This document shows positions 26,720 to 38,600 of a DNA stretch of 47,585 bases, piece by piece. The notes under the pieces were generated by a model that saw nothing but the letters and a program-made list of their open reading frames with translations, searched no databases and was not told the origin of the DNA. Origin of the DNA: Actinomycetota bacterium (GTDB lineage: Bacteria; Actinomycetota; Acidimicrobiia; Acidimicrobiales; Poriferisodalaceae); NCBI GenBank assembly GCA_002724355.1, contig PBOM01000057.1, forward strand, positions 75,894-123,478. The letters run 5' to 3'. A program made the translations under genes and the position numbers. The number at the start of each line of letters is the position of its first letter. Within the stretch, counting starts at the first letter, position 1.

Positions 26720-27856
26720 TTACGCCGATACGGCTTCTGCAAGTCGCTCTAAGGATTCGAAAGAGTGTCCTTCTATGAAATCATCCGTATGCGGCAAAGC
26801 CGCGGCCATTCCACCCGCTAGAGGCGCATAGCCCGGTGTGTGCTTGAGCGGATTAACCCAAACCTGTCGGTGGCTTACACGATGTAGGCGCTGCATCTGT
26901 TCGCCAAGAAGCTCTGGCTCGCCCCGATCCCAGCCGTCGGACAAAAGCACGACGATCGCTCCTCTAGCCATGCCCCTGAGGCCCCAAAGTTCGTTGAATT
27001 CTTTCAGGGTCGCACCGAGCCGCGTCCCTCCCGACCAGTCGGTGACAGCTCCTGACGCGGCTCGAAGAGCAGCATCAGGGTCTCGTGAGGAAAGTTCTCT
27101 GGTAATTCGAGTCAGTCGCGTACCTATTGCAAAGGCTTCCACCCGGGTTCTTCCAACTACGGTTGCATGAGCGAACCTAATTAGAGCTCGAGCGTACGGC
27201 TCCATCGAGCCTGAAACATCGATTAGCAACACCAGACGACGTGGACGGCGATCTCTTTGAACGAACTTTCGGTGTATTGGTTCACCACCCATCGATATTG
27301 CGCTTCTAAGGGTTCTCCGCATATCTGGGTGCCGAGTCTGATACTTGGTAGGTAACCGCCGTCGCGATGGACGCAGACTTGATGTAAATCGGAGACTCCC
27401 CATCAAACGTCTAAGTTCGTCTAATTCTTGCTCGTCGCATTCAGCGAAGTCTTTGTCCTTTAGCGTTTCAGTCGGGCTGTATCGAAGTTGAAGGGTCGGT
27501 CCGTGGTCTTCGTCAATTTGAGGGTCGACATCAGCCGCTTCTTCGTCACTGTCCGTCGCAATCGATACCGAAATTGCAGGCAGCTCAACATCGAGACCTG
27601 ACGGACGTTTTCTTTCCCAAAAAACTTCAAAAGCCCTGTTATACAATTCGATGTCTTCAGGATCTGAAATCAAGGTAGCTCGTCCAGCCCAGTAGACGGA
27701 GTGGCGTTCGCTCAACCCAACCCAACCAAGGGCCTGCACAAACGACATCACTCTGCTCAGCGGGACTTCTATCCCCAGTCCGCGCAACAGCTGACTAAAG
27801 CCGGCGGCTATTCGCGCCGGGTTAGAGATCAGTTCGTCATTCGGAGTTTCATCCAT
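26720..27856 (-). CDS. coxE: VWA-domain protein CoxE
   Basis: MIDAS motif LLIDVSGSM, about 378 aa. It lies immediately downstream of, and overlaps, the MoxR ATPase gene. Confidence 0.85.
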   Translation of the reverse strand: MDETPNDELISNPARIAAGFSQLLRGLGIEVPLSRVMSFVQALGWVGLSERHSVYWAGRATLISDPEDIELYNRAFEVFWERKRPSGLDVELPAISVSIATDSDEEAADVDPQIDEDHGPTLQLRYSPTETLKDKDFAECDEQELDELRRLMGSLRFTSSLRPSRRRLPTKYQTRHPDMRRTLRSAISMGGEPIHRKFVQRDRRPRRLVLLIDVSGSMEPYARALIRFAHATVVGRTRVEAFAIGTRLTRITRELSSRDPDAALRAASGAVTDWSGGTRLGATLKEFNELWGLRGMARGAIVVLLSDGWDRGEPELLGEQMQRLHRVSHRQVWVNPLKHTPGYAPLAGGMAAALPHTDDFIEGHSFESLERLAEAVSA

Positions 27857-28754
27857 TTGCTGCAGCAGCCATGATCATTTCTATCCCCTGCCCTGAAACC
27901 CGTTCTTGATCTTCTCGGTATTTCAGCACAGTGCCCAGCGTTGCTTTGATGGTCTCTTCAGTCAGTATTGACTCCCCCAGTTTCCCCAGCGCAGTTGACC
28001 AATCAATGGTTTCGGCGACTCCTGGTGGTTTGTACAAACCCATTCCTCTCATTGCCTGAACGGCAAGCGCTACCTGGCGCGCGAGCGCCGCATCGGCCTC
28101 TGGTGATTTAAGGCGAATAATTTCGATTTCTCGTTCGAGGTCTGGATGGTTGACCCAGTGGTACAGGCAACGTCTTTTGAGCGCATCGTGTACGTCTCGC
28201 GTTCGATTTGATGTCACAACAACAAGGGGCGGTTTTCCACTGCCTAAAGTTCCTAATTCAGGGATCGTGACTGAGTGGTCCGAGAGAACTTCCAGCAAGA
28301 AGGCTTCAAACTCGTCGTCTGCTCGGTCGACTTCATCGACCAGAAGCACCGGCCTATGTTCCCCGCTGTAATCGATGGCCTGAAGTAACGGACGGCGGAT
28401 GAGAAAACGATCGGAGTACAACTCATCTTCGATCGCCTCCGAGTCGCTTTCGGCTCTTCCTGAGGCTTCCGCTGTTCTGAGATGCAGTAGTTGGCGGGTG
28501 TAGTCCCACTCGTACAGCGCTTGAGAAGCATCGATACCTTCATAGCATTGGAGTCGGATCAGCTCTCCCCCAGTCCAAGCAGCCAAAACTTTCGCTAGTT
28601 CGGTTTTTCCTACTCCCGCATCGCCTTCAAGAAATAGGGGGCGTTGCATCGTCATTGCTAAGTAGACCACTGTAGATAGACCTTCGTCGGTCAAGTAGTT
28701 GTGGTCGCTTAACGCTGCGGACACTGCTGCGGGTGAGTCGGGAAAGTTAAACAT
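27849..28754 (-). CDS. coxD: MoxR-type AAA+ ATPase CoxD
   Basis: Walker A GDAGVGKTELAK and Walker B LLVDEVDRA; 301 aa. Confidence 0.9.
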   Translation of the reverse strand: MFNFPDSPAAVSAALSDHNYLTDEGLSTVVYLAMTMQRPLFLEGDAGVGKTELAKVLAAWTGGELIRLQCYEGIDASQALYEWDYTRQLLHLRTAEASGRAESDSEAIEDELYSDRFLIRRPLLQAIDYSGEHRPVLLVDEVDRADDEFEAFLLEVLSDHSVTIPELGTLGSGKPPLVVVTSNRTRDVHDALKRRCLYHWVNHPDLEREIEIIRLKSPEADAALARQVALAVQAMRGMGLYKPPGVAETIDWSTALGKLGESILTEETIKATLGTVLKYREDQERVSGQGIEMIMAAAANG

Positions 28755-28864
28755 GCGCCAATCAGAATACGGGCTGTGACCGATTTAGCTCCTATTGGTA
28801 GTTCATTCGACACAACGCTCCTATTTGGAGATATGTTGCCGCCAAGGATTTGAAGGGAACAAAA

Positions 28865-29611
28865 ATGGATCTTGGGATCAGTGGACGAACGGCAGCCATA
28901 GCAGCGGGATCTGCAGGCCTGGGTCTTGGCGCCGCCAAAGCTTTATCCGCGGAGGGAGTTCGAGTTGCTATTTGCGGTCGTGATAGCGCAAAACTCGAAG
29001 AAGCTGCAGTTGCTATCGGTGGTGATGTCATCGCCCTTGAAGCAGATCTGTCGACACCTAGTTCAGGACGCGATTTTGTTGAACAGGCCACTTCAGAGCT
29101 AGGGCAACTAGACATTCTCGTAACGAACGCTGGTGGTCCTCCGCCGGGGACGTTCGAGAACACTGATCTCGACGCTTATCAGGCGGCGTTCGATATGAAT
29201 TGCAGAGCAATGATCGAGATGTGCCGCACAGCAATTCCCGCTATGCGCGAACGCGGTTGGGGCAGGGTATGCGCGATAACGAGCGTCGGGGTTAAACAAC
29301 CAATCGAATACCTGATGGCGAGTTCAGTTGCTCGTGCGGGCCTGACCAGCTTTCTGAAAATCACGGCTCGGGAGGTTGCCGCTGACGGAGTCACGATCAA
29401 CTCGGCGCAGCCTGGAACTCATTGGACTGACAGGGTCGCGAAAATAGTTCCGAACAAAGAGACAGCGGCTTCTACGGTTCCTGCGCGTATCACAGGCGAT
29501 GCAGACGATTTTGGCTCCGCTGTCGCGTTCCTGTGCTCTGAACAAGCAAAGTTCATCACGGGGACCGGCTTGCTCATTGACGGAGGACAAGCATCCGGAC
29601 TCCTTGATTAA
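28865..29611 (+). CDS. SDR-family oxidoreductase
   Basis: AAGSAGLGLG Rossmann variant and NAGGPP. ATG 28865 is preceded by AAGGGA at about 8 nt, whereas the track starts at TTG 28850. Confidence 0.85.
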   Translation: MDLGISGRTAAIAAGSAGLGLGAAKALSAEGVRVAICGRDSAKLEEAAVAIGGDVIALEADLSTPSSGRDFVEQATSELGQLDILVTNAGGPPPGTFENTDLDAYQAAFDMNCRAMIEMCRTAIPAMRERGWGRVCAITSVGVKQPIEYLMASSVARAGLTSFLKITAREVAADGVTINSAQPGTHWTDRVAKIVPNKETAASTVPARITGDADDFGSAVAFLCSEQAKFITGTGLLIDGGQASGLLD

Positions 29612-29669
29612 GACAAGGTTCTGATGACCGTCAGCCTAGGTAAGGGCTGGTTGGTTCAATTTCTCGGAG

Positions 29670-30497
29670 CTACGAAACCCCGCCAGCTTCCAATGCTCTT
29701 CGAGTCAGCACCCGAGCTAAATGAGACCGATACTCCGGCGATGCGTTTAAATCGGTAGGAGGTTCGGTGCCTTCGGCTGCGGCTTCGGCAGCCTCGGCTG
29801 CCGATGCTCCTCCGGCCAATGCAGCTTCAACAGCTGAGGCCCGTAGCGGCGTCGAACCCATATTGACGAGTGAAACCTGGGTCGCTCCTTGAACCTCTAC
29901 CGCCGCAACTCCGACGATGGCCCAGTCTTGCGCTCGGCGGTTGAACTTTTGGTAGTTCCAATTTGACCCCGGCGCTTTGGGGATTCTGACCTCCGTGAGC
30001 ATTTCGTCTTCGGCAAGAGCCGATTCGAAATATCCCGTGAAGAAATCAGCTACAGCGATTTCACGTTCACCGTTAGGTCCTTGCGCTACAAGCGATCCCC
30101 CCAATGCCAAGACTGCAGCGGGAAGGTCAGATGCAGGGTCGGAGTGAGCCAGCGAGCCGCCGAGCGTCCCGCGATGCCTGACCTGCGGGTCGCCGACTTT
30201 GCTAGCAATATGTGCGAGTAGCGGGCATTCTGAAATAAGCAAGTCGCTTGTCTCAAGGCTGCGGTGTTTGGCAAGAGCGCCTATGGCAATGTGATCATCA
30301 CGGTCATCGATATAGCTCAGATCGTTGACGCCTGCGATATCTACCAAGACACTCGGAACTGCAAGCCGCAGTTTCATCATGGGAATGAGGGAGTGCCCTC
30401 CTGCGAGCAATTTTGCTTCATCACCGTGTTCGGCGATAAGCGCAATCGCTTCCTCAGCTGAGTCAGCTTTTTTGTAGTCAAAGGCTGCTGGAATCAT
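29670..30497 (-). CDS. FAD-binding medium subunit of a CODH/xanthine dehydrogenase-family molybdoenzyme (CoxM-like)
   Basis: AGGHSLIPMMKLR FAD motif and GTLGGSLAH; 275 aa. Confidence 0.9.
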   Translation of the reverse strand: MIPAAFDYKKADSAEEAIALIAEHGDEAKLLAGGHSLIPMMKLRLAVPSVLVDIAGVNDLSYIDDRDDHIAIGALAKHRSLETSDLLISECPLLAHIASKVGDPQVRHRGTLGGSLAHSDPASDLPAAVLALGGSLVAQGPNGEREIAVADFFTGYFESALAEDEMLTEVRIPKAPGSNWNYQKFNRRAQDWAIVGVAAVEVQGATQVSLVNMGSTPLRASAVEAALAGGASAAEAAEAAAEGTEPPTDLNASPEYRSHLARVLTRRALEAGGVS

Positions 30498-30509
30498 CTA
30501 TTTGGCCTT

Positions 30510-30977
30510 TCAACTCACGTCTTGGCCGCTACATGCCAAGACTGCTTTAACGATGTTGTGATAGCCAGTGCACCGGCAGAGATTTCCTTCAAGGCCTTCT
30601 CGTACTTCGGCTTCACTGGGAGAGGGATTTTCGTCTAGTAACGAACATGCAGCCATAACCATGCCAGGCGTGCAATAGCCACATTGAAGGCCATGGTTGT
30701 CCTGGAAGCTTTGCTGCATGGGGTGTAGCTCATCAGCGGAGGGAGCTAAGCCCTCGATGGTTGTCACTTCCTGCCCGTCGGCTTGCACAGCAAGCATCGT
30801 GCAGGACTTCACTGATTCTCCGTTGACGTGAACGGTGCATGCGCCACAAGAAGATGTATCGCATCCCACGTTCGTGCCTGTGAGCCCTAATTCATCGCGT
30901 AAGTAATAGACGAGCAAAGTTCGCGGTTCGACTTCACTTGACTGGTTGGCACCATTTACGGTGACGCTGATTTCCAC
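30510..30977 (-). CDS. [2Fe-2S] small subunit of a CODH/xanthine dehydrogenase-family molybdoenzyme (CoxS-like)
   Basis: Two cluster motifs: [11 protein letters not shown] and CGYCTPGM...CRCTGY. The start is set at GTG 30977 (MEISVTVNG), preceded by GGAGGAAGGGG. Confidence 0.92.
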   Translation of the reverse strand: MEISVTVNGANQSSEVEPRTLLVYYLRDELGLTGTNVGCDTSSCGACTVHVNGESVKSCTMLAVQADGQEVTTIEGLAPSADELHPMQQSFQDNHGLQCGYCTPGMVMAACSLLDENPSPSEAEVREGLEGNLCRCTGYHNIVKAVLACSGQDVS

Positions 30978-31228
30978 AGTTGTCCCCTTCCTCCAACAGT
31001 AGGGCGGCAATTAGCCGGCCCCAATCATGCCCTATGAAAGGACACAGTGCCTCACTGAATGCAGGACTTCTTTGGTCGATTCCACCTATTTATTTTTTTG
31101 CAGGGTTTGGGCATGGGGACATGTCGTTCCGACGCTGAATAGAAGGCCAGTCGCCACTCAGAAAAATTTTGTTGATTTCGTTGGCTATGACCATCTATTT
31201 CGAATCACATTTAGATAAGTTTTGGGGG

Positions 31229-31786
31229 ATGCCGACAGTGCAAACAGAGAACAAACAGTCAGTCGATACCAAGGCGCAAATTCTGGAAAATGCGCGCAAA
31301 CTTTTTGCGACCCATGGCTACGACGGGACTTCGATTCGTCAATTAACAGCGAGTCTCGATATAACTCCGGCAGCTCTCTATTACCACTTCGCCTCTAAGA
31401 ACGATGTCCTAGAGGGCTTAGCGGAACGACTTCACGACGGCAGCGATGCTCTGCTGCAACGTATACGCGAGTTCGATCAGAGCACGGAATCGATGCGCGA
31501 GGCGCTTTGCCAGTATTACGACTTGTTGGCCGACGATATTCATGTGTTTCGTCTGGTGTACAACGATGCTGCTATTCAACATAGCCCTATAGGCCAGCGG
31601 TTAAGGGGCCAGGCGCGTGAGTTCTACGCGTACCTCGTAGGTCCTGACCCTTCAGTTGAAGACCGAATGCGAGCGGCGGGCGCCGTTGGAATAATCAGGT
31701 TGTCTCTGGAGCAACGTGGCGTTGACCCTTCTAAATATAGAGAAGTCATTGTCGAACGAGCTTTTCGAGTAATGACCGACGTCTAA
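31229..31786 (+). CDS. TetR-family transcriptional regulator
   Basis: HTH block ILENARKLFATHGYDGTSIRQLTASLDITPAALYYHFASK. The start is ATG 31229, or GTG 31238. Confidence 0.9.
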   Translation: MPTVQTENKQSVDTKAQILENARKLFATHGYDGTSIRQLTASLDITPAALYYHFASKNDVLEGLAERLHDGSDALLQRIREFDQSTESMREALCQYYDLLADDIHVFRLVYNDAAIQHSPIGQRLRGQAREFYAYLVGPDPSVEDRMRAAGAVGIIRLSLEQRGVDPSKYREVIVERAFRVMTDV

Positions 31787-31810
31787 CGGCCTTAGTGCTG
31801 TGGAGGGCGT

Positions 31811-33581
<1,771 letters not shown>

Positions 33582-33627
33582 TCAAATTGATGGTAGCTGC
33601 GAAGAGAGACAATATCGAAGGCCCAGT

Positions 33628-34680
33628 TCAAGCTTGGTTTCCCTCGGCGGCCTTTATGGCTTTCCATTGTTCGGCCAGCTCTTCTTTGGTCGGCATGGGA
33701 GTACCAGGGTCTCGATTGAAAATATGAGGATGTCGGCGCACCATTTTTCCGTGAATTTCTGTGGCAACGTCCGCTAGGTCAAAGGTCCCTTCTTCTTCGC
33801 CAATAGCGCATTGGAGAACGATATGGAACAGTAAGTCCCCCAGTTCTTCGACGAGTGCGTCGCTCCCTGCCCCTTTGGTCTCCATCAGCTCAATGGCTTC
33901 TACGACTTCATTCGCCTCTTCGAGTAATCCCGAAATCAAGCTGTGGTGGGTTTGCTCTTGGTCCCAGGGACATTCTCTCCGAAGTCGACCGACGACATTG
34001 TGAAGTTGCGTGACTGCATCTGTTGTTAGTGACGCAGGTAACTCGGATATCCAGAGGCATGTCAGGTGGTCGGGATTGACTTCGCGGTCCAAGTCGTCCC
34101 AGTTCACTTCGAAGACACTTTCGTTGTCGAGCCCTAAGCGTTGAAGAACCGTGACGGTGGGTGGCTCGTTGGTATTTATCGACAGCTTGATGTCTGATAA
34201 GACGAACCGATCGTCACACTGAGCGACTAGTACAGATCCTGTGAGCCCCATAGTTTCTTTTTCAAAATTTTGACCGTTGACGATAGTGACCCGCTTCGCT
34301 ATGGGATCAACATGCAATCTTTCCCATGCTAAGTCCAGGAACGAAACACTCGGAATTACCTCTACGGCAACCTTTGTCTGCTTCCGCAAAAGGTCAACAG
34401 TGTGTTCGGCGACTAGAGGTGAGCCCGGCACGAGATATCCGATAGTTCCATGGCGATTCGCTTCGCTCAGAAGGCTCTCAACTATCGCTATATATACGGT
34501 TTCCAATGAGTCGCTGGAATCGTATATTTCGTCAAACGACTGCTCTGCGTTGAACAAATGTGCGCAGGGGTGCTGTCGAGTTCGGAGGAAGGTGCGGTGA
34601 TCTCTCGCTAATTTGAGCGACGTCTCCGGGACGAGACTTTCAGTTCCAGGCCCAAGGCCACCGACAACAATCAGGGGCAT
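33628..34680 (-). CDS. mazG: MazG nucleoside-triphosphate pyrophosphohydrolase fused to an N-terminal tetrapyrrole-methylase-like domain
   Basis: C-terminal MazG motif (LLEEANEVVEAIE...EELGDLLFHIV). The N-terminal ~220 aa are YabN-like (IVVGGLGPG...RTRQHP). Confidence 0.85.
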   Translation of the reverse strand: MPLIVVGGLGPGTESLVPETSLKLARDHRTFLRTRQHPCAHLFNAEQSFDEIYDSSDSLETVYIAIVESLLSEANRHGTIGYLVPGSPLVAEHTVDLLRKQTKVAVEVIPSVSFLDLAWERLHVDPIAKRVTIVNGQNFEKETMGLTGSVLVAQCDDRFVLSDIKLSINTNEPPTVTVLQRLGLDNESVFEVNWDDLDREVNPDHLTCLWISELPASLTTDAVTQLHNVVGRLRRECPWDQEQTHHSLISGLLEEANEVVEAIELMETKGAGSDALVEELGDLLFHIVLQCAIGEEEGTFDLADVATEIHGKMVRRHPHIFNRDPGTPMPTKEELAEQWKAIKAAEGNQA

Positions 34681-34687
34681 TGTGGAT

Positions 34688-35650
34688 CTAACTGGCAGAC
34701 ATCACTGAAAGGCCGGCGGCATCCCAAGCACCGATTCCATCGTCAATGACTACGTCGTAGTTCACGACAAGGTCAGCCAGAATGCCCTGTGCGAATGGGC
34801 CTAGTAAAGCAAGGTTCTTCTCTTCGTGGCGTAGCTCGCGAACATAAAAAATCATCCACAAACGACCGGTCGGACTGTAATCAGACGCCATCGACACCAC
34901 GTCTGAGATGTCACCTGCATTCATGTCTCCTAGAGGAGCCGCTGTATCACCAAATGCATTGGCCCAAGTGAGCAGATCGGCGCATCCAACATCTCCGTTT
35001 GGTGATGGCGTGGTGCCCGCCAAGTTGACCTCTGAGGCTACTACTGCAGCTGAGTCTCCGGATTCGAGCCTCAGTTTCGCCGCCCTGGCTTCAGTTTCGG
35101 TTCCTGTAGCAATGACAGTGACGCAGTGGGGTGTTGCGAACTTCTCTAACCGGGGATCCGCTTTGACGGCTTCTTCTTGAGCCCAGTCTTCAAATCCACC
35201 CGACAGGTGAGTCTGAACCTGCGAGTTCAAGAGCTCGTCATCCACATCAAAGTCAATGTTAAATCCGGCCTCGTCAATCGCTACTGCTGCGAGACGAAGC
35301 CGAAGCATGGAGGTTAAACGTGCCCGAAAAACTTCAACGGAGGGATTCTCCGGTTCCACCAAATTACTCGGTGGGGAATCTTTCAGACTTTCGAGGACAG
35401 TCTCGATACTGACGTTACCGCCAGGGTAAAACGCAATTACCTTGGTCCGATCGCTGAGGGTAAGCAATGTTTCATAATCAGCGCGCAAAGCTATGCCGTC
35501 GCCGTCTTGATCAATACGGTCGAAGATTTCGTCACGATCCAGCACCTCCACCTGTTCGGCGCTGGAGCTACAGCCGGCGACTAAGGCGACCAACAGGACC
35601 GCTAAGGCTGTGCTTGGGACCTTGAGATTCTTAAACCAATTGAGTGTCAC
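34688..35650 (-). CDS. lipoprotein with degenerate parvulin/SurA-like PPIase region
   Basis: Signal peptide plus lipobox LVAGC. The C-terminal region weakly resembles a PpiC-type rotamase, and there is an EF-hand-like loop DQDGDGIALRAD. The functional call is weak. Confidence 0.55.
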   Translation of the reverse strand: MTLNWFKNLKVPSTALAVLLVALVAGCSSSAEQVEVLDRDEIFDRIDQDGDGIALRADYETLLTLSDRTKVIAFYPGGNVSIETVLESLKDSPPSNLVEPENPSVEVFRARLTSMLRLRLAAVAIDEAGFNIDFDVDDELLNSQVQTHLSGGFEDWAQEEAVKADPRLEKFATPHCVTVIATGTETEARAAKLRLESGDSAAVVASEVNLAGTTPSPNGDVGCADLLTWANAFGDTAAPLGDMNAGDISDVVSMASDYSPTGRLWMIFYVRELRHEEKNLALLGPFAQGILADLVVNYDVVIDDGIGAWDAAGLSVMSAS

Positions 35651-35676
35651 GAAGGAAATGGTACGGGTTCAGTGCG

Positions 35677-38600
35677 CTATTTGGTGGGTCGAAGCTCGCG
35701 GAGAAAATTAAATACTTCGCCAGGAAGTTTCGGTCCCACTTCGCGCACGTGGATTGTTAGCTCGGCGACCTCCTCTTTATAGGTTCCGCCGTTGAAAGTT
35801 TCGTCGTTGAGGAGCCTTTGGTATCGGATCTGTTCACTTTGAGTCAATTCGATCGGGGAGACTCGCACGCGGTTACGGTTCGTCACACTGATGTCCTCCA
35901 CTCCGAGGCTTACACACTCTGCTCGAAGTAAGCCCACATGGAGCAACGTTTGAGCTACTTCAGGTACGGGGCCGTATCTATCGATCCACTCCGCTTCGAT
36001 ATCGGCTACCTCTACGAGTTCACTGACGGCAGCCAGTTTCCGGTATGCCTCGAGTCGCTGTTCTTCCGCTTCAACATAGCTGTTAGGTAGAAACGCTTTG
36101 ATAGGCAAGTCGATGTTGACCTCGGGGGTCCGATTGATGGGGTCACCCTTGAGTTCAGCTACCGCTTCGGTCACCATCTCACAGTAAAGGTCGTAACCAA
36201 CAGCTGCTATATGGCCTGATTGGGCGCCTCCGAGTAGGTTGCCTGCTCCACGGATTTCAAGGTCACGCATTGCGATTCGAAAGCCTGAACCAAGTTGTGT
36301 GGCCTCACCTATGGTTCTGAGTCTTTCGAAAGCTTTCTCAGTCAGCGCTCTTGTGGGTGGGTAGAAGAGGTAGGCGTAGGCTCGCTGTTCTGAGCGCCCC
36401 ACTCGCCCACGCAGCTGATGTAGTTGTCCCAGTCCCATGAGGTCAGCTCGATCAACCACGAGGGTATTTACGCTGGGCATATCAATGCCAGATTCGATAA
36501 TCGTGGTGCATACGAGAACGTCGTACGATCGTTCCCAGAAATCTATAACGACCTGCTCTAGGGACCCTTCGTCCATTTGGCCGTGCGCTACCCCGATCCG
36601 AGCTTCGGGGACCATCTCTTGCAGCCGCGCTGCGACTTCAGTGATGTCTTCTACTTTGTTGTGAACGAAGAATACTTGTCCCTCACGCAGTAGCTCCCTT
36701 CTGATCGCTTCAGCCGTAGCCCGTTCATCGTATTCGCCCACATGGGTCAAGATGGGTTGTCGTTCTGCTGGTGGGGTGTGAAGCAACGACAGATCTCTGA
36801 TCCCGGTAAGACTCATCTCTAATGTTCGGGGAATAGGGGTTGCGCTCAGAGTGAGCACGTCTATATCGGTTTTGAATTTTTTGATGGATTCCTTGTGAGT
36901 AACCCCGAATCGTTGTTCTTCGTCAACGATCAAGAGTCCTAGGTTTTTGAATGTCACATCTTCCGACAACAGCCGATGGGTTCCGATAAGCACATCGACT
37001 TCGCCAGCAATAGTTTCGGCAATTACCTGTCGTTGTTGCGAAGGAGTTAGAAAGCGACTCAGGGCCGCCACGCGCACTGGGTGGCCAGCAAATCGTTCTT
37101 CAAAGGTTTGATGATGTTGTTGTGCCAAAAGTGTGGTCGGTACAAGAACAGCCACCTGCTTCCCTTCAGCTATAGCGCTAAAGGCGGCTCGCATTGCCAC
37201 TTCGGTTTTGCCAAAGCCAACGTCGCCACATATCAAGCGATCCATGGGGTGCGGTGACTCCATGTCAGAGAGAACTTCTTCGATGGCAGTTAGCTGGTCT
37301 GGGGTTTCTTCAAATAGAAACGATTCTGAAAGTTCTTTCATCCACTGTGTGTCGGCGGGAAAGGAGTGTCCGGCGGTTTGCAGACGTGATTGATATAGGA
37401 CTACTAGCTCTTGTGCTATTTCGGAGACAGCACTTCGGACGCGCTGCTTTTGCTTTGCAAATTCAGTGCCTCCCATTCGACTGAGCGAAGGTGTCTCACC
37501 ACCGATATAAGGGCGAATGAACTCGATTTGATCGCTAGGCAGGTAAAGCTTGTCGGTACCTTTGAAGTCGAGTACCAGATAATCACGCTCTGAACCCATG
37601 AGAGTCCGGTGTTCCATGCCGACGTAGCGGGCGACTCCGTGGTGGTGGTGAACTACGTAGTCGCCGGCCTGCAGATCTTCGAAATGTCGTTGGACATTCT
37701 TCTTCGGGCGGCTGACGCGGTGGGTTCTTCGACGGCCTGTTAAGTCTCTCTCTGTTAACACCGCTAGTGACAAAGTTGGTGCTATGAAACCGTGCTCAAG
37801 TGGCGCGGCAACGATTTGTCCGCCCGGGCTGTCTTCGTACCTTTCGCTTTGATTCAGAGTTAGATCAATGTTTTCAGCACGCAGCGCGTCGGCCATTCTT
37901 TGAGCCGAGCCATGGCCATCCGCTGCAACAAGTAATCGGTGGTCCGGTCGCTGGGATAAATCCCTTATCTGATCGAGAAGACGATCGGGGCCTCCCGCTG
38001 CAGTTTCCCAGGGTTGACTTTCAAAGGAAGGCTCATCTGGGTTTGATGCGGTGTGGGTAATCGTCCACACGTCGGACGCACAACTTTTCAGCGCACGTTC
38101 AAACGGAACGTGAAGCCCCGGGAAAGTTCGGGGTTCGCCTCCAGGCTCCAGAGCTTTCCATGTAGTCGCCAACGACTGTGCCAAATCTTGTTCTTCGGCG
38201 ACTATCTCCGACGCACGGTCCTTCAGTCTTTTGGGGTCAAACAAAAGAATTAGTGATCTTGGTGCTAGCAAATCTGCGAGGATCACTTCTTCATCAACTA
38301 ACCACGGAAGCCAGGATTCCATCCCGTCATAGAATTCACCAGACGCGAGTCGATCCCATTGTTCCTTACCCCATGGTTCAGTGGTCATTAGTTCTTGTGC
38401 GCATTGACGCACTCGAGTGGTGGGGGTCAGTTCCCGCGCTGGGGTGATAGTGATTGACTGAATTTCGGCAGTTGATCGCTGGTCGGAAATTGAGAATTCA
38501 CTCAAACGGTCGATTCGGTCACCCCAAAGGTCCAATCTGATTGGAGATGCACTTGTTGGGGGGAAGACATCGAGAATTCCACCGCGAATCGAGAATTCAC

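Noticed and set aside
27849-28754. MoxR AAA+ / VWA pair as a stand-alone conflict or defence module
   Set aside because: Its context (coxS, coxM, xdhC, mocA-like, coxG) identifies the pair as CoxD/CoxE maturation factors.
28792-29163. 123-aa minus-strand ORF overlapping the SDR gene start
   Set aside because: It is antisense to a well-supported SDR, with no motifs and a composition typical of an off-frame translation.
29632-29649. Bidirectional terminator between the SDR and coxM (CAGCC-N8-GGCTG)
   Set aside because: It has only a 5-bp stem and no U-tract, which is too weak to call. In general I saw no convincing intrinsic terminators in this window.
29612-30509. Remnant (pseudogene) of a coxL large subunit near coxS/coxM
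   Set aside because: The coxS-coxM spacer is 12 nt and the coxM-SDR spacer is 58 nt. No frame contains a Mo-binding-subunit-like sequence.
31027-31218. 63-aa ORF in the coxS/tetR intergenic region as a small protein
   Set aside because: It has no Shine-Dalgarno, sits in promoter-like sequence containing AT-rich runs, and is Trp/Arg/Cys/Phe-rich. I cannot support it as coding.
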